Below, in pieces: positions 30,351 to 39,000 of a stretch of DNA of 64,000 nucleotides. The position numbers and the translations under genes were made by a program. The stretch's first letter is position 1, and each line of letters opens with the position of its first letter. The notes beneath the pieces were generated by a model, which worked only from the letters and a program-made list of their open reading frames with translations, searched no databases and had not been told where the DNA came from. Origin of the DNA: Nitrosopumilus sp. (lineage in GTDB: Archaea > Thermoproteota > Nitrososphaeria > Nitrososphaerales > Nitrosopumilaceae); NCBI GenBank assembly GCA_965204345.1, contig OZ241981.1, positions 928,001-992,000 of the forward strand. The letters run 5' to 3'.

Positions 30351-30388
30351 TTGGTAATGCAAAGATCACGGGTTCATCCCGTCTGAAG
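30351..30388 (+). repeat. Degenerate copy of the tRNA-Thr 3' half (att-like site)
   Basis: TTGGTAATGCAAAGATCACGGGTTCATCCCGTCTGAAG versus tRNA 29534-29573 TTGGTAATGTAAAGGTCACGGGTTCAGATCCCGTTCGAAG. Confidence 0.8.
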
Positions 30389-30392
30389 ATTT

Positions 30393-31256
30393 CTAATAAT
30401 TTTTAATCAATAACTCAAAGTGGCCAGTTCTCTTTTTAGAGTTGGAGTTAATTGAGCGGTTTGCCCTAATTTTGCTTACTTTCCAGGGTTTTGCTGAAAA
30501 CATCTCTGCGACCTCCTTTGAATTAGAATTTGACAAGAGTACCTTGCATCCTTTGGAATCCAAATCTTGGCATAGTTCTGTCAATCTGCCTAGATCATCA
30601 TATGTGAAATCTTTGTTTGTGTAGCTAGTAAAATTGGCAGTTTTGCTAACTGGCTGGTATGGAGGATCAAAATATACAAGATCGCCTTTTTTGGCATCTC
30701 CAAGAACTGCCTCAAAATCCCTGCATTTGATGGAGACCCTACCTGATTCTAAGATACGGCTAACAGAATGAAGATTATCCTCATTGACAATATTTGGATT
30801 GGTGTATTTTCCCAAGGGAACATTGAATTTTCCCTTGCTGTTAACACGGTATAATCCATTAAAGCAGGTTCTATTCAAAAAGAGCAATCGGGACGTTTTT
30901 TCAACCTCGCTTCTAGGATTGCTTTCTCTAACAGAATAATAGTATGCTTTGGAATCCTTTTGATAATTTTTTTCGTGATTTTTTAATGAAGCAATCAGAG
31001 ATTCAACCCTATCTCGAATTGTAGTATATGACAATACAAGATCAGAATTCAGATCAGAAATACTGCATTTTTGGGCAGGACGCTCAGTTAGCATATGGAA
31101 AAGTAACGCACCCCCGCCCAAGAAGGGTTCAAAATAAGTACCAAAAGATTTAGGCAAGTTTTCATTTAGAATTGGAATTAACTGTCGTTTTCCACCTGCC
31201 CATTTTACAAATGGTTTTGGGATAGCAGATGGAATTTGGCTATAGATTTGTTTCAA
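30393..31256 (-). CDS. dam: Dam-family DNA adenine methyltransferase (orphan)
   Basis: KWAGGK, EPFLGGG, FNGLYRVN and DPPY motifs. Confidence 0.92.
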   Translation of the reverse strand: MKQIYSQIPSAIPKPFVKWAGGKRQLIPILNENLPKSFGTYFEPFLGGGALLFHMLTERPAQKCSISDLNSDLVLSYTTIRDRVESLIASLKNHEKNYQKDSKAYYYSVRESNPRSEVEKTSRLLFLNRTCFNGLYRVNSKGKFNVPLGKYTNPNIVNEDNLHSVSRILESGRVSIKCRDFEAVLGDAKKGDLVYFDPPYQPVSKTANFTSYTNKDFTYDDLGRLTELCQDLDSKGCKVLLSNSNSKEVAEMFSAKPWKVSKIRANRSINSNSKKRTGHFELLIKNY

Positions 31257-31409
31257 TAACCAGTATCACATAGTTCATTATCAGATCCTTGGGTGAAATT
31301 ATTTGATCTTGAACTAACTTTTTTCTAGTTACAAAATAGGTTAAATAGAAATTTTGCAGTTAAGAAATTTTTTTAAAAAAAAATTATTCGTCTATAGAAT
31401 ACTCTATAC

Positions 31410-31443
31410 GCAAATAATAAAATGAAAAGGAAAAGGTTGGATT
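31410..31443 (-). terminator. Oligo-U terminator-like tract after amoA
   Basis: Minus strand AATCCAACCTTTTCCTTTTCATTTTATTATTT directly after the stop codon. Confidence 0.55.
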
Positions 31444-31444
31444 T

Positions 31445-32095
31445 TTAGTCCCACTTTGACCAAGCGGCCATCCATCTGTATGTCCAAGTGTTCAGTTTAC
31501 AACCCAAGGCTGCAAACGTACATGCCAATACTGCACCTGCACCTGCACCAAGAGCAACTGGGCTGTTATAGAACTTGCCTACTTGCGGTTCGATCGGTGT
31601 CATGTATGGTGGCAATGTTGGTCTCGGATATTTGAATGCCGTTTCTAGTGGGTCTGCAACTGTTATCAGGTTTACCATATTGAACAATGGTAATGACATT
31701 CCTACCAGTACGCCGCCAAACAGTATCAAGGAGTGCTTGTTCTTCTTTGTCGCCCAGTAAACCAAGTCCAACAGCATTGCTGATGGCAGCCAAACTGGAG
31801 TTACAATGAAGTCATATGGATATCCGAGTGCAAACCATGCACCTTTTGCTATCCATGTGTATACTGTCATAATCAGAGCATAGTACGTTGCTGTGCCTGG
31901 AACGCCCGTAAATGTTAGGTAATATGTTGCACCTACAATAAGCATCAATGTTTGCGATATTGAGAATACCGTGTACGAAGTCCAAGCCCAGTCAGTGTAG
32001 AAGATGTAATCTCCTGCATTAATTGTTAGCAGTGTTGAGTTAACTGCAACTACTACTATGAACAAGTAGTGTGTACATCGTCTTAACCAGACCAT
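31445..32095 (-). CDS. amoA: Ammonia monooxygenase subunit A
   Basis: MVWLRRCTHY...AGDYIFYTDWAWTS...WMAAWSKWD, 216 aa. Confidence 0.99.
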   Translation of the reverse strand: MVWLRRCTHYLFIVVVAVNSTLLTINAGDYIFYTDWAWTSYTVFSISQTLMLIVGATYYLTFTGVPGTATYYALIMTVYTWIAKGAWFALGYPYDFIVTPVWLPSAMLLDLVYWATKKNKHSLILFGGVLVGMSLPLFNMVNLITVADPLETAFKYPRPTLPPYMTPIEPQVGKFYNSPVALGAGAGAVLACTFAALGCKLNTWTYRWMAAWSKWD

Positions 32096-32114
32096 ATCAA
32101 GATGAAGAAATGGT

Positions 32115-32130
32115 CAGTATATAAAATTTT
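32115..32130 (-). promoter_or_regulatory. TATA box of amoA (leaderless-type promoter)
   Basis: Minus strand AAAATTTTATATAC about 25 nt upstream of the ATG. Confidence 0.55.
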
Positions 32131-32201
32131 AGAGTGTGATGAAGATCGTCTATTCTACTTAAAAAGGAAAATGAAAAAGGAGTGTCTGAAGGGGTTTCCT
32201 T

Positions 32202-32564
32202 CTAGTTACCAACGAATAGTGAGACGAATATCACGAATACTACCGATGCAGCAATACTGCCAGCAACGATACCATTGCTGTTCTTGTTGGAACCTTCTTC
32301 CATGACTTTAACACAGAAGATGTAACCTATTGCCTCAATGATTGCAAGTACGATGAATGCAAAGTGGCCACTTGGAGTTGGATATGCCCATGGATAATAA
32401 AAATATCCTGCTGCAGTACCGCCAAAAGTAGCTAATAATGCTGCCCAATATGAAATAGTAATCATACCAGTCATATTTTCAACGCGTCGTCCAATCATTC
32501 GTTCTACGTCAGCGCTAGATGATCCACCGCCACCGCCAGAACCGAATCCTTTAGGAAGAGTCAT
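32202..32564 (-). CDS. amoX: Ammonia monooxygenase subunit X
   Basis: MTLPKGFGSGGGGG...; hydrophobic helices; directly upstream of amoA. Confidence 0.92.
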   Translation of the reverse strand: MTLPKGFGSGGGGGSSSADVERMIGRRVENMTGMITISYWAALLATFGGTAAGYFYYPWAYPTPSGHFAFIVLAIIEAIGYIFCVKVMEEGSNKNSNGIVAGSIAASVVFVIFVSLFVGN

Positions 32565-32713
32565 TATGGAATTATTCTAATTCAGAATCCTTTTAAGTCT
32601 TTCTTAAGCTGGTTCTGTCGGATTATTAAGATCTGAGAAGAATTCCCCTTTAAAGTGCGATCTACTCTGAGTCAAATTTTCTTCAAATTAACTGGATTTG
32701 CCCCTGCCGAATT

Positions 32714-32870
32714 TCATGCCTTTTTTTCTAGGAGTGCCTTTAATTCAAACATTGTGAGTTTCTTGCCTTTTTGCCTGTTGCAGTTGCCACATAACAACTG
32801 GAGGTTATTATCATCATCCAGACCTCCCTTGCCTTTGGTATCATATAATCAACCTCATATTCCTTAAGGA
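32714..32870 (-). pseudogene. HNH endonuclease remnant
   Basis: YEVDYMIPKA, then a frameshift, then GGLDDDNNLQLLCGNCNRQKGKKLTMFELKALLEKKA*. Confidence 0.7.
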
Positions 32871-33059
32871 TTCTATAACGCATGGTTAAAACAAGAAAGA
32901 CGATAAAGAATACTAAAATCATAAGCTCAAAGAAGCCAATGATGAAACTTAGAGAGAGTCTGTTATTCCATGTTTTTGAATTTTCAACCAATATTTTCCA
33001 TATTAGTTTTTGAGATGTCCGCATGAATTCTCTTGTACGAAAATTATGTCCGCATGAAT

Positions 33060-33453
33060 CCACGACAGCAGAGGGCAAACCACATGATGTAGACCAAGGA
33101 TCATTGCTCACAGATAACCAGCATAATTTTTCAATCAGATCACAGACAAATCCAGAGAGCAGATACACGGTATCCAATACTGGCAATGGTCTAATCGGTC
33201 AGTGCAGGGATCACATCACAAGAAAGGAGGACACAATTACATCAAAATCGTATTGGAAATTATCAAAAACAACCATGCAGAAGAGACAGCACGTTACGAT
33301 TATGAAGCACTCAAAACTTGAACTATGCAATATTGTGATTCAGGCAAGATTATCAACAAAGGAACCAGAAAAAACAAATCTGAAAATGTCCGGATTTACA
33401 AGTGTCTAGACTGCAAAAGGAGATTTTCTTCAAAATTAGGTTTGAATGAATAA
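33060..33453 (+). pseudogene. Transposase N-terminal remnant (SWIM plus InsA-like zinc ribbon)
   Basis: FSIRSQTNPESRYTVSNTGNGLIGQCRDHITRK, then frameshifts, then QYCDSGKIINKGTRKNKSENVRIYKCLDCKRRFS. Confidence 0.65.
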
Positions 33454-33592
33454 AACTTACTGTACAAGGAAAATTCAATTTGGAGGGCTTTCAGATCTCG
33501 ATAAATCCTGCATATTCTTAAGCTGAGAAACCACGTACATCTATGGCTTTGAGAAAGATAATAAAAGAAAAAAATGTGCTTGTGCACTTTTT

Positions 33593-34156
33593 CTAAGGAA
33601 TTGATCTGCTGTACAATTTGCCTTCTAAGGCCATCTTGTACATCTCTGCAACGTATGGATTCTCACCAGGAGTTTCTGCGCCTAATTCTACGAGTCGAGC
33701 ATATACTCTGACTACGTATGCAAGTGCACCCATGAAAGCCACTACGACTCCCATGTTAAACATCCAGTGGTTTGGAACTGCGAAAATTTCTTCCACAAAC
33801 CAAAAGTGCCACATCTCATTGACTCCAATTGTGAACATGGTTGCAAGGTAACCAAGAATGGTCATCTTCAATCCAGTGTTCATTGAATTATTTGGACCTC
33901 TAAGAACTGGAACTTTTCTATCATAGATTGCTGCTGCACCCCATCCAAGTGGTAATGCAACAAAGTGGGAATATAACCACCAGTGTGCTGGTGTAAAAGC
34001 ACTATCTCTGATAGAGGTCTGATGCAAGGAACCATCAACGAAGTTATCAACTTCGACTGATGCTGCAGTAGAACCCATAGCAATAACGATGAGCCAGATC
34101 TTCTTTAGTCTCTGGATCTCAACTTCTTTTGGGATTAATGCGGGCATCTGTGCCAT
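33593..34156 (-). CDS. amoC: Ammonia monooxygenase subunit C
   Basis: VDGSLHQTSIRDSAFTPAH and NEMWHFWFVEEIFAVPNHW motifs. Confidence 0.99.
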   Translation of the reverse strand: MAQMPALIPKEVEIQRLKKIWLIVIAMGSTAASVEVDNFVDGSLHQTSIRDSAFTPAHWWLYSHFVALPLGWGAAAIYDRKVPVLRGPNNSMNTGLKMTILGYLATMFTIGVNEMWHFWFVEEIFAVPNHWMFNMGVVVAFMGALAYVVRVYARLVELGAETPGENPYVAEMYKMALEGKLYSRSIP

Positions 34157-34408
34157 GTAGTTAATGATGTGAATTCGAAATATAAAGTAAGAGTTTGAGA
34201 AAGAAAGTATATTTACTAATATTTTATATTAATCCAAAAATATTATGTAAATATTATATATAATTTAATTTAAAAGCAAATAAATCAATCATTTTTTTCA
34301 TAGTTTTGATGTTATACACTAATGATTAGCATTGTACAAAGTATCGATCCTCGCCGCTAAGGTAAAACATATAACGACGTGTCTTATTTTCAAAACTTAG
34401 GGATAACT
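34157..34408. promoter_or_regulatory. Divergent amoC/amoB promoter region, very AT-rich
   Basis: Minus strand CTTTATAT at about 34180-34187 for amoC; plus strand AAAACATATAA at about 34364-34374 for amoB. Confidence 0.55.
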
Positions 34409-34978
34409 ATGGTCGAAAAAAGAATTTTCGTATTTGGACTAGCAGTCGTACTTGCACTAGGAACCCTAGGTTTCAACTGGGTTGAGACCATACTTCCAAC
34501 TGCAGATGCACACGGTGTCCAAGCACAACTCCAGAGTCGTTTCATTAGAATTGAAGATGAAACCTTCAGCAACCAATCCTTACAAACTGGCGATACCTTG
34601 ACACTTAAAGGAACTCTAGTCAGTTTGGTAGAAAGAGACCTTAGAGGATGGCTATCCATTTTCTCAGAGTCAACCAACGCAGGTAACAGATGGGAGATGT
34701 TGGCAAGAGACCCACCAGGAAACGTCTTTGATGTTCCAGGCAACACAGTCATCGATTACTCACTATCAGCCAAAGCACTTGAAGCAGGTGTATACCACGT
34801 ACACACCCAACTCAATGTAGCACAAGTTGGTCCAGGACTTGGTCCAGGTCAAACAGTAGTTGTTGAAGGCGAACCAATTATCAAACCAATTCCATACACT
34901 AACATCGCATATCAATCAATCATTATCGGTGTAGGTTATGTCATTACGTTTGCAACACGACCCTGGCAAGTAATCTAA
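34409..34978 (+). CDS. amoB: Ammonia monooxygenase subunit B
   Basis: Signal peptide then ADA-HGVQAQ; YHVHTQLNV; C-terminal TM ending RPWQVI. Confidence 0.98.
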   Translation: MVEKRIFVFGLAVVLALGTLGFNWVETILPTADAHGVQAQLQSRFIRIEDETFSNQSLQTGDTLTLKGTLVSLVERDLRGWLSIFSESTNAGNRWEMLARDPPGNVFDVPGNTVIDYSLSAKALEAGVYHVHTQLNVAQVGPGLGPGQTVVVEGEPIIKPIPYTNIAYQSIIIGVGYVITFATRPWQVI

Positions 34979-35069
34979 ACAACAATCCAACCTTTTCATT
35001 TTATAGATACAGCCTACGTCTAACGTAAGAAAACCAAGTTTTATCTTTTAGAAGATAGCACTATAAAAT

Positions 35070-35387
35070 ATGCTAAGTTTTAGGATAACAAAATTGGATA
35101 TTTTTCAGAGTTATTTTTTTGGAGAAACCGAATTTCGTTCTGATAAATACAAGGTAAATATTCAAAATGAAAGAAGGGGCAAAGTCCTCAGATTGCCATT
35201 TGCAATAAATCCAAAAACTGAAAAGATTGTTGTAAGAATATCAGGAAAGGAAGAAGAATTGTTTGTAGAAGATTATCTTCCATACAAGGGGGAATCAGAA
35301 TGGCTTGAGATTGACTCTGATGAAATAACCTACTTTTTGGCAGATCATCAGGATCAATGCGATATGATTGAGATCATGCTAGAGTAA
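35070..35387 (+). CDS. Hypothetical protein
   Basis: 105-aa ORF with an upstream TATA-like sequence. Confidence 0.7.
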   Translation: MLSFRITKLDIFQSYFFGETEFRSDKYKVNIQNERRGKVLRLPFAINPKTEKIVVRISGKEEELFVEDYLPYKGESEWLEIDSDEITYFLADHQDQCDMIEIMLE

Positions 35388-35427
35388 GAGAGAAAGGACT
35401 TTAAGGAATCCGCTCAGAGTCATCACG

Positions 35428-35961
35428 ATGAAGTATCCTGGAATGGGAGATCCTTACAAAAGGAAAAAAACTATCAAGTTCCTAGCAATTACCGCAGTAA
35501 TTGCAATCTCTGTAGGACTAACCAGCAGCGTACTCCAAGGTCAATTCAGTCAAAATGATCCTCTCAAGGTTTGTATCAATGACAGAGATACGCCCTACAA
35601 AATGACAGTTACTCTAGAATTAATTATTGATGGCCTGCCAACTCCAATTCCTGCCAACATCCATTCAGGGCTAGGGGATGATCAATGTCAAAGAGCAATG
35701 TATACTCTGACAGATGATGGTACTATTCACATTGAATGGGAGGAAGAATATCCATGGCAAATTGGCCACTTTTTGTGGATGTGGGATTTTCCACTAAGGG
35801 ACATGAATCAGGACAAATCAACAATCTATGTTAATGATAAAGAGTCATCTCATTTTATCAATCATCCATTACAGGATGGATATCACTACAAGGGAGTATT
35901 CACTACAAAGGATTATGACTCTTCAAAGGATTCAGACTTTCTTCCAGAACTAGAAAAATAG
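35428..35961 (+). CDS. Membrane-anchored hypothetical protein
   Basis: N-terminal TM; IPANI...C...YTLTDDGTIHIE. Confidence 0.7.
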   Translation: MKYPGMGDPYKRKKTIKFLAITAVIAISVGLTSSVLQGQFSQNDPLKVCINDRDTPYKMTVTLELIIDGLPTPIPANIHSGLGDDQCQRAMYTLTDDGTIHIEWEEEYPWQIGHFLWMWDFPLRDMNQDKSTIYVNDKESSHFINHPLQDGYHYKGVFTTKDYDSSKDSDFLPELEK

Positions 35962-36053
35962 CAACTGCCAGATAGGCAAAAAGCAAGACTTGCACAGATC
36001 TTGTGGTTCTCACAGAGATATCAAAAATAATGAAAAGATGTAAGTTGGTAATT

Positions 36054-36323
36054 TTACCAGTATTTACCGTTGTCTGGAATAAGACCGATACCTTCTCTCT
36101 CAAAGTGTCTGTCTAATTCATCAACCCATCTCTCACGGTTGTCTTTGTAAGCCCATCCGTGTACACGCAACCAGAATGAGATAATTCCAAGAAGGAATAT
36201 TGTGAACATAATGGTTCCGAAGATGTAAATCATTACATCGTAAAATAATGGATCATAGTTTGGTCCTAGTTGTCCTGTAATTGTAGACAGGATGCTTAGG
36301 AAAGTACCTACGATAGGAATCAT
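36054..36323 (-). CDS. amoY: Probable ammonia monooxygenase accessory subunit (AmoY-like)
   Basis: Small TM protein in the amoB-rps15 interval where the additional archaeal AMO subunits are encoded. The Y/Z assignment is from recall. Confidence 0.55.
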   Translation of the reverse strand: MIPIVGTFLSILSTITGQLGPNYDPLFYDVMIYIFGTIMFTIFLLGIISFWLRVHGWAYKDNRERWVDELDRHFEREGIGLIPDNGKYW

Positions 36324-36464
36324 AATAATTTGGCTCTATTTGTGCGATATATACATTTCTTTTAGTATCAGAAGGCATGAGATCAGCATACGCCAAGGAT
36401 ATGAGAGAACTGGCCTAGCATCCGCTAAGAGATGATAATAAAATAAGAGAAAAGTGAGGTTTTT

Positions 36465-36797
36465 TTATCCTCTGCCCATTGCTGCGTATTTGCCAGATCT
36501 TCCTCTAATGAAGAAGGCTCCTGCAATACCACCAAACACTGCACCTGCAATAACTGCTGCACCAACTACACCATCTGCACCAAGATATGGAGTTCCTGAA
36601 CCAGCGGCTGGATTGTCTCTAGCTGCTTCGGTTCTTGCTGCTTGAAGTGCAAGTGCTTCCTCTAAGGTGTATTTTCCAGTTTGTCCTTCATCACCGACGT
36701 TACCCAGATATGTTGCAAATGCTACTGCACTTTCTGCATAAAGTCCAACGGTGAAGACAGCGATTAAGGATGCTGCTAATAGTATTTTTGTATTCAT
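36465..36797 (-). CDS. amoZ: Probable ammonia monooxygenase accessory subunit (AmoZ-like)
   Basis: Signal peptide, extracellular helix and C-terminal TM; amo-like codon style. The assignment is from recall and synteny. Confidence 0.55.
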   Translation of the reverse strand: MNTKILLAASLIAVFTVGLYAESAVAFATYLGNVGDEGQTGKYTLEEALALQAARTEAARDNPAAGSGTPYLGADGVVGAAVIAGAVFGGIAGAFFIRGRSGKYAAMGRG

Positions 36798-36921
36798 GTC
36801 GTTTACCTGCTCACTTTGATGCTAGAGACTTATTTAACTTTTATTCTGAACTCCGAATTTCGATACAATGTACGAGATCAGTATAAGTAACGTTTAATTC
36901 TGCTTTATGGTGAGCCAAACC

Positions 36922-37371
36922 ATGGGACGAATGCACACACACAGGCATGGAAAATCACATTCAATCAGACCAGCTACACTACGTGCACCTTCGTGGATTA
37001 CACAGAGTCCGGCAGAAATTGAGGAATTAATCATAAAATATTCTAAAGAGGGCTTGACGCCTAGTCAGATAGGAATTAAACTAAGGGATCAACATTCAAT
37101 TCCTTTAATCAAGCCCATAACGAGAAAAAGCATGGGTCAAATTTTAGAGGAAAATGACTTAAAGGCAGAAATGCCTGAAGACCTTGAGAACATTGTTAGA
37201 AAAGCAGTAGGCCTTCAAAAGCATCTCAAAGCAAACAAAGGGGACAACAGAAACGTTAGATCCTTAGAGCTGATTGAGGCCAAAGTCCACAGACTGTCAG
37301 TATACTACAAAAGGATTGGAAGGATCTCCAAGACATGGAAGTATAAATCTGTGGTTGCCCAACTAGAGTAA
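36922..37371 (+). CDS. rps15: 30S ribosomal protein S15 (uS15)
   Basis: MGRMHTHRHGKSHS; PSQIGIKLRDQ; PEDL. Confidence 0.96.
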   Translation: MGRMHTHRHGKSHSIRPATLRAPSWITQSPAEIEELIIKYSKEGLTPSQIGIKLRDQHSIPLIKPITRKSMGQILEENDLKAEMPEDLENIVRKAVGLQKHLKANKGDNRNVRSLELIEAKVHRLSVYYKRIGRISKTWKYKSVVAQLE

Positions 37372-37373
37372 TA

Positions 37374-38795
37374 ATGGCAAAATCGCTAGATGAATCACTC
37401 TCGTTTTTCAAAGATAAAATCTCAGACTGTATAAAGTCAAAAAAATCTATTTCGGTTACAACACATATTGATTGTGACGGACTTACATCTGGCAGTATAA
37501 TCACCAAGGCCCTAATCAGGGCAGGAGCTAACTGTACGGTTAGGACATCAAAAGAGTTTAGTAAAAATATCATAGAATCCTTCAAGGCAGATTCCAGAGA
37601 TTTTCATCTCATAACTGATTTGGGGGGAGGCTTTGCAAAAGAGCTGGACAGTTCTCTAGGAGACAACTGGATTGTCTTAGATCACCATCAGATCCCAGAT
37701 GAAGAGATAGAGAATCAAAATGTCATAAACTCATGGAAATACGGGATTGATGGAGGGGCAGATATCTGTGCAGGTGGAATGGCATACCTTGCATCAACTG
37801 CATTGGATGAAAAAAATTCAGACCTGGCTGCAGTTGCTGTTGTCTCTGCATTAGGAGACAGGCAGGACCAGGGGGAAAGAAAGTCATTTACAGGTAAAAA
37901 TTTTGAGATTGCCAGTATTGCCAGAGAGCAAGGACTGGTGGATATTGACTTGGATTTGTTGCTGGTAGGAAGAGAGACAAGGCCTCTAGTAGATGCCTTG
38001 GCATTTACATCACAGCCATTTATTGAAGGATTGACATGGAATAGGGATACTTGTCTTTCGCTCCTAAATTCGTCTGGAATTAAGCTAAAAGAAGAGGGAA
38101 GATGGAGAGTGCCAGCTGAGCTAGATGAGGAGGAGAAGAGGCAGGTGATTGAGGCCATTGCAAAATTTGCTGCTGGAAAAAGCGCCACTGAAATAATGTC
38201 AGAACTGATTGGATATACCTACACATTTCCCAGAGAAGACAGCAGAAGTTTCTTGAGGGATGGAAGGGAGTTTTCAACCATGCTAAACTCATGCGGTAGA
38301 ATCAATCGCTCAGGGGTGGGCATGGCAGTCTGCATGGGTGATAGAAACAAGATTCTAAGAGAAGCTGAAACTATTCTAACAGATTACAGAAAAATGATCA
38401 GAGAATACATGAATATTTTATCAAATGAAAGGTGGAGGATTTCAGAGAGTGAGACATGCGTTATGGTCAATGGGGAAGACATTGTTCCTGAAACGATGAC
38501 TGGAACCATTTCATCACTGATAGCAGGCTCTCCTAAGAATTCAGGAAAAATCGTAATATTGAGAACAAAGGCAGAGGAGAACACGATCAAGTTTTCATCA
38601 AGGAAATCATTTGGATGTACGTCAGATATCAATTTGAGCGAGATAATGAGGACTGGCGCTGAGAAGTTTGACGGGATTGGAGGGGGCCATAATGCTGCTG
38701 CCGGAGCAAAAATAACTAAAGACAAATTGGATGAATTTCTTAACTATTTAGAAGCAAATGTCGTTAACGTGCCAGGTTCAAGTGATCCTCAGTAA
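37374..38795 (+). CDS. DHH/DHHA1 phosphoesterase (RecJ/GAN-like)
   Basis: HIDCDG, DLGGG, LDHH and GGGHNAAAG motifs. Confidence 0.9.
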   Translation: MAKSLDESLSFFKDKISDCIKSKKSISVTTHIDCDGLTSGSIITKALIRAGANCTVRTSKEFSKNIIESFKADSRDFHLITDLGGGFAKELDSSLGDNWIVLDHHQIPDEEIENQNVINSWKYGIDGGADICAGGMAYLASTALDEKNSDLAAVAVVSALGDRQDQGERKSFTGKNFEIASIAREQGLVDIDLDLLLVGRETRPLVDALAFTSQPFIEGLTWNRDTCLSLLNSSGIKLKEEGRWRVPAELDEEEKRQVIEAIAKFAAGKSATEIMSELIGYTYTFPREDSRSFLRDGREFSTMLNSCGRINRSGVGMAVCMGDRNKILREAETILTDYRKMIREYMNILSNERWRISESETCVMVNGEDIVPETMTGTISSLIAGSPKNSGKIVILRTKAEENTIKFSSRKSFGCTSDINLSEIMRTGAEKFDGIGGGHNAAAGAKITKDKLDEFLNYLEANVVNVPGSSDPQ

Positions 38796-39000
38796 CATAT
38801 CTGATGAAAAGGCTGAGGCGGTCAAAAAAGCCCTAGAGCCAGATAATGTAGATTTTCCAGAAGGATTGAGTCTTTGTGTTGAAAATATTGATAACAAACT
38901 AGTTTTTAATTTTAAAAGTAAAAGGAATATGAGGCAGCTTACCAGTACAGTTGATGAAGTGCTAGAACACATCCAAGTCGCATTAAAGGTGATTGAGTAA
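38758..39000 (+). CDS. pcc1: KEOPS complex subunit Pcc1
   Basis: AVKKALEPDN motif and conserved position after the DHH gene. Confidence 0.75.
   Translation: MSLTCQVQVILSNISDEKAEAVKKALEPDNVDFPEGLSLCVENIDNKLVFNFKSKRNMRQLTSTVDEVLEHIQVALKVIE

Noticed and set aside
32740-33409. ORFs 32740-33186 (-) and 33023-33409 (+) as intact genes
   Set aside because: They are chimeric frames running through frameshifted HNH and transposase remnants.
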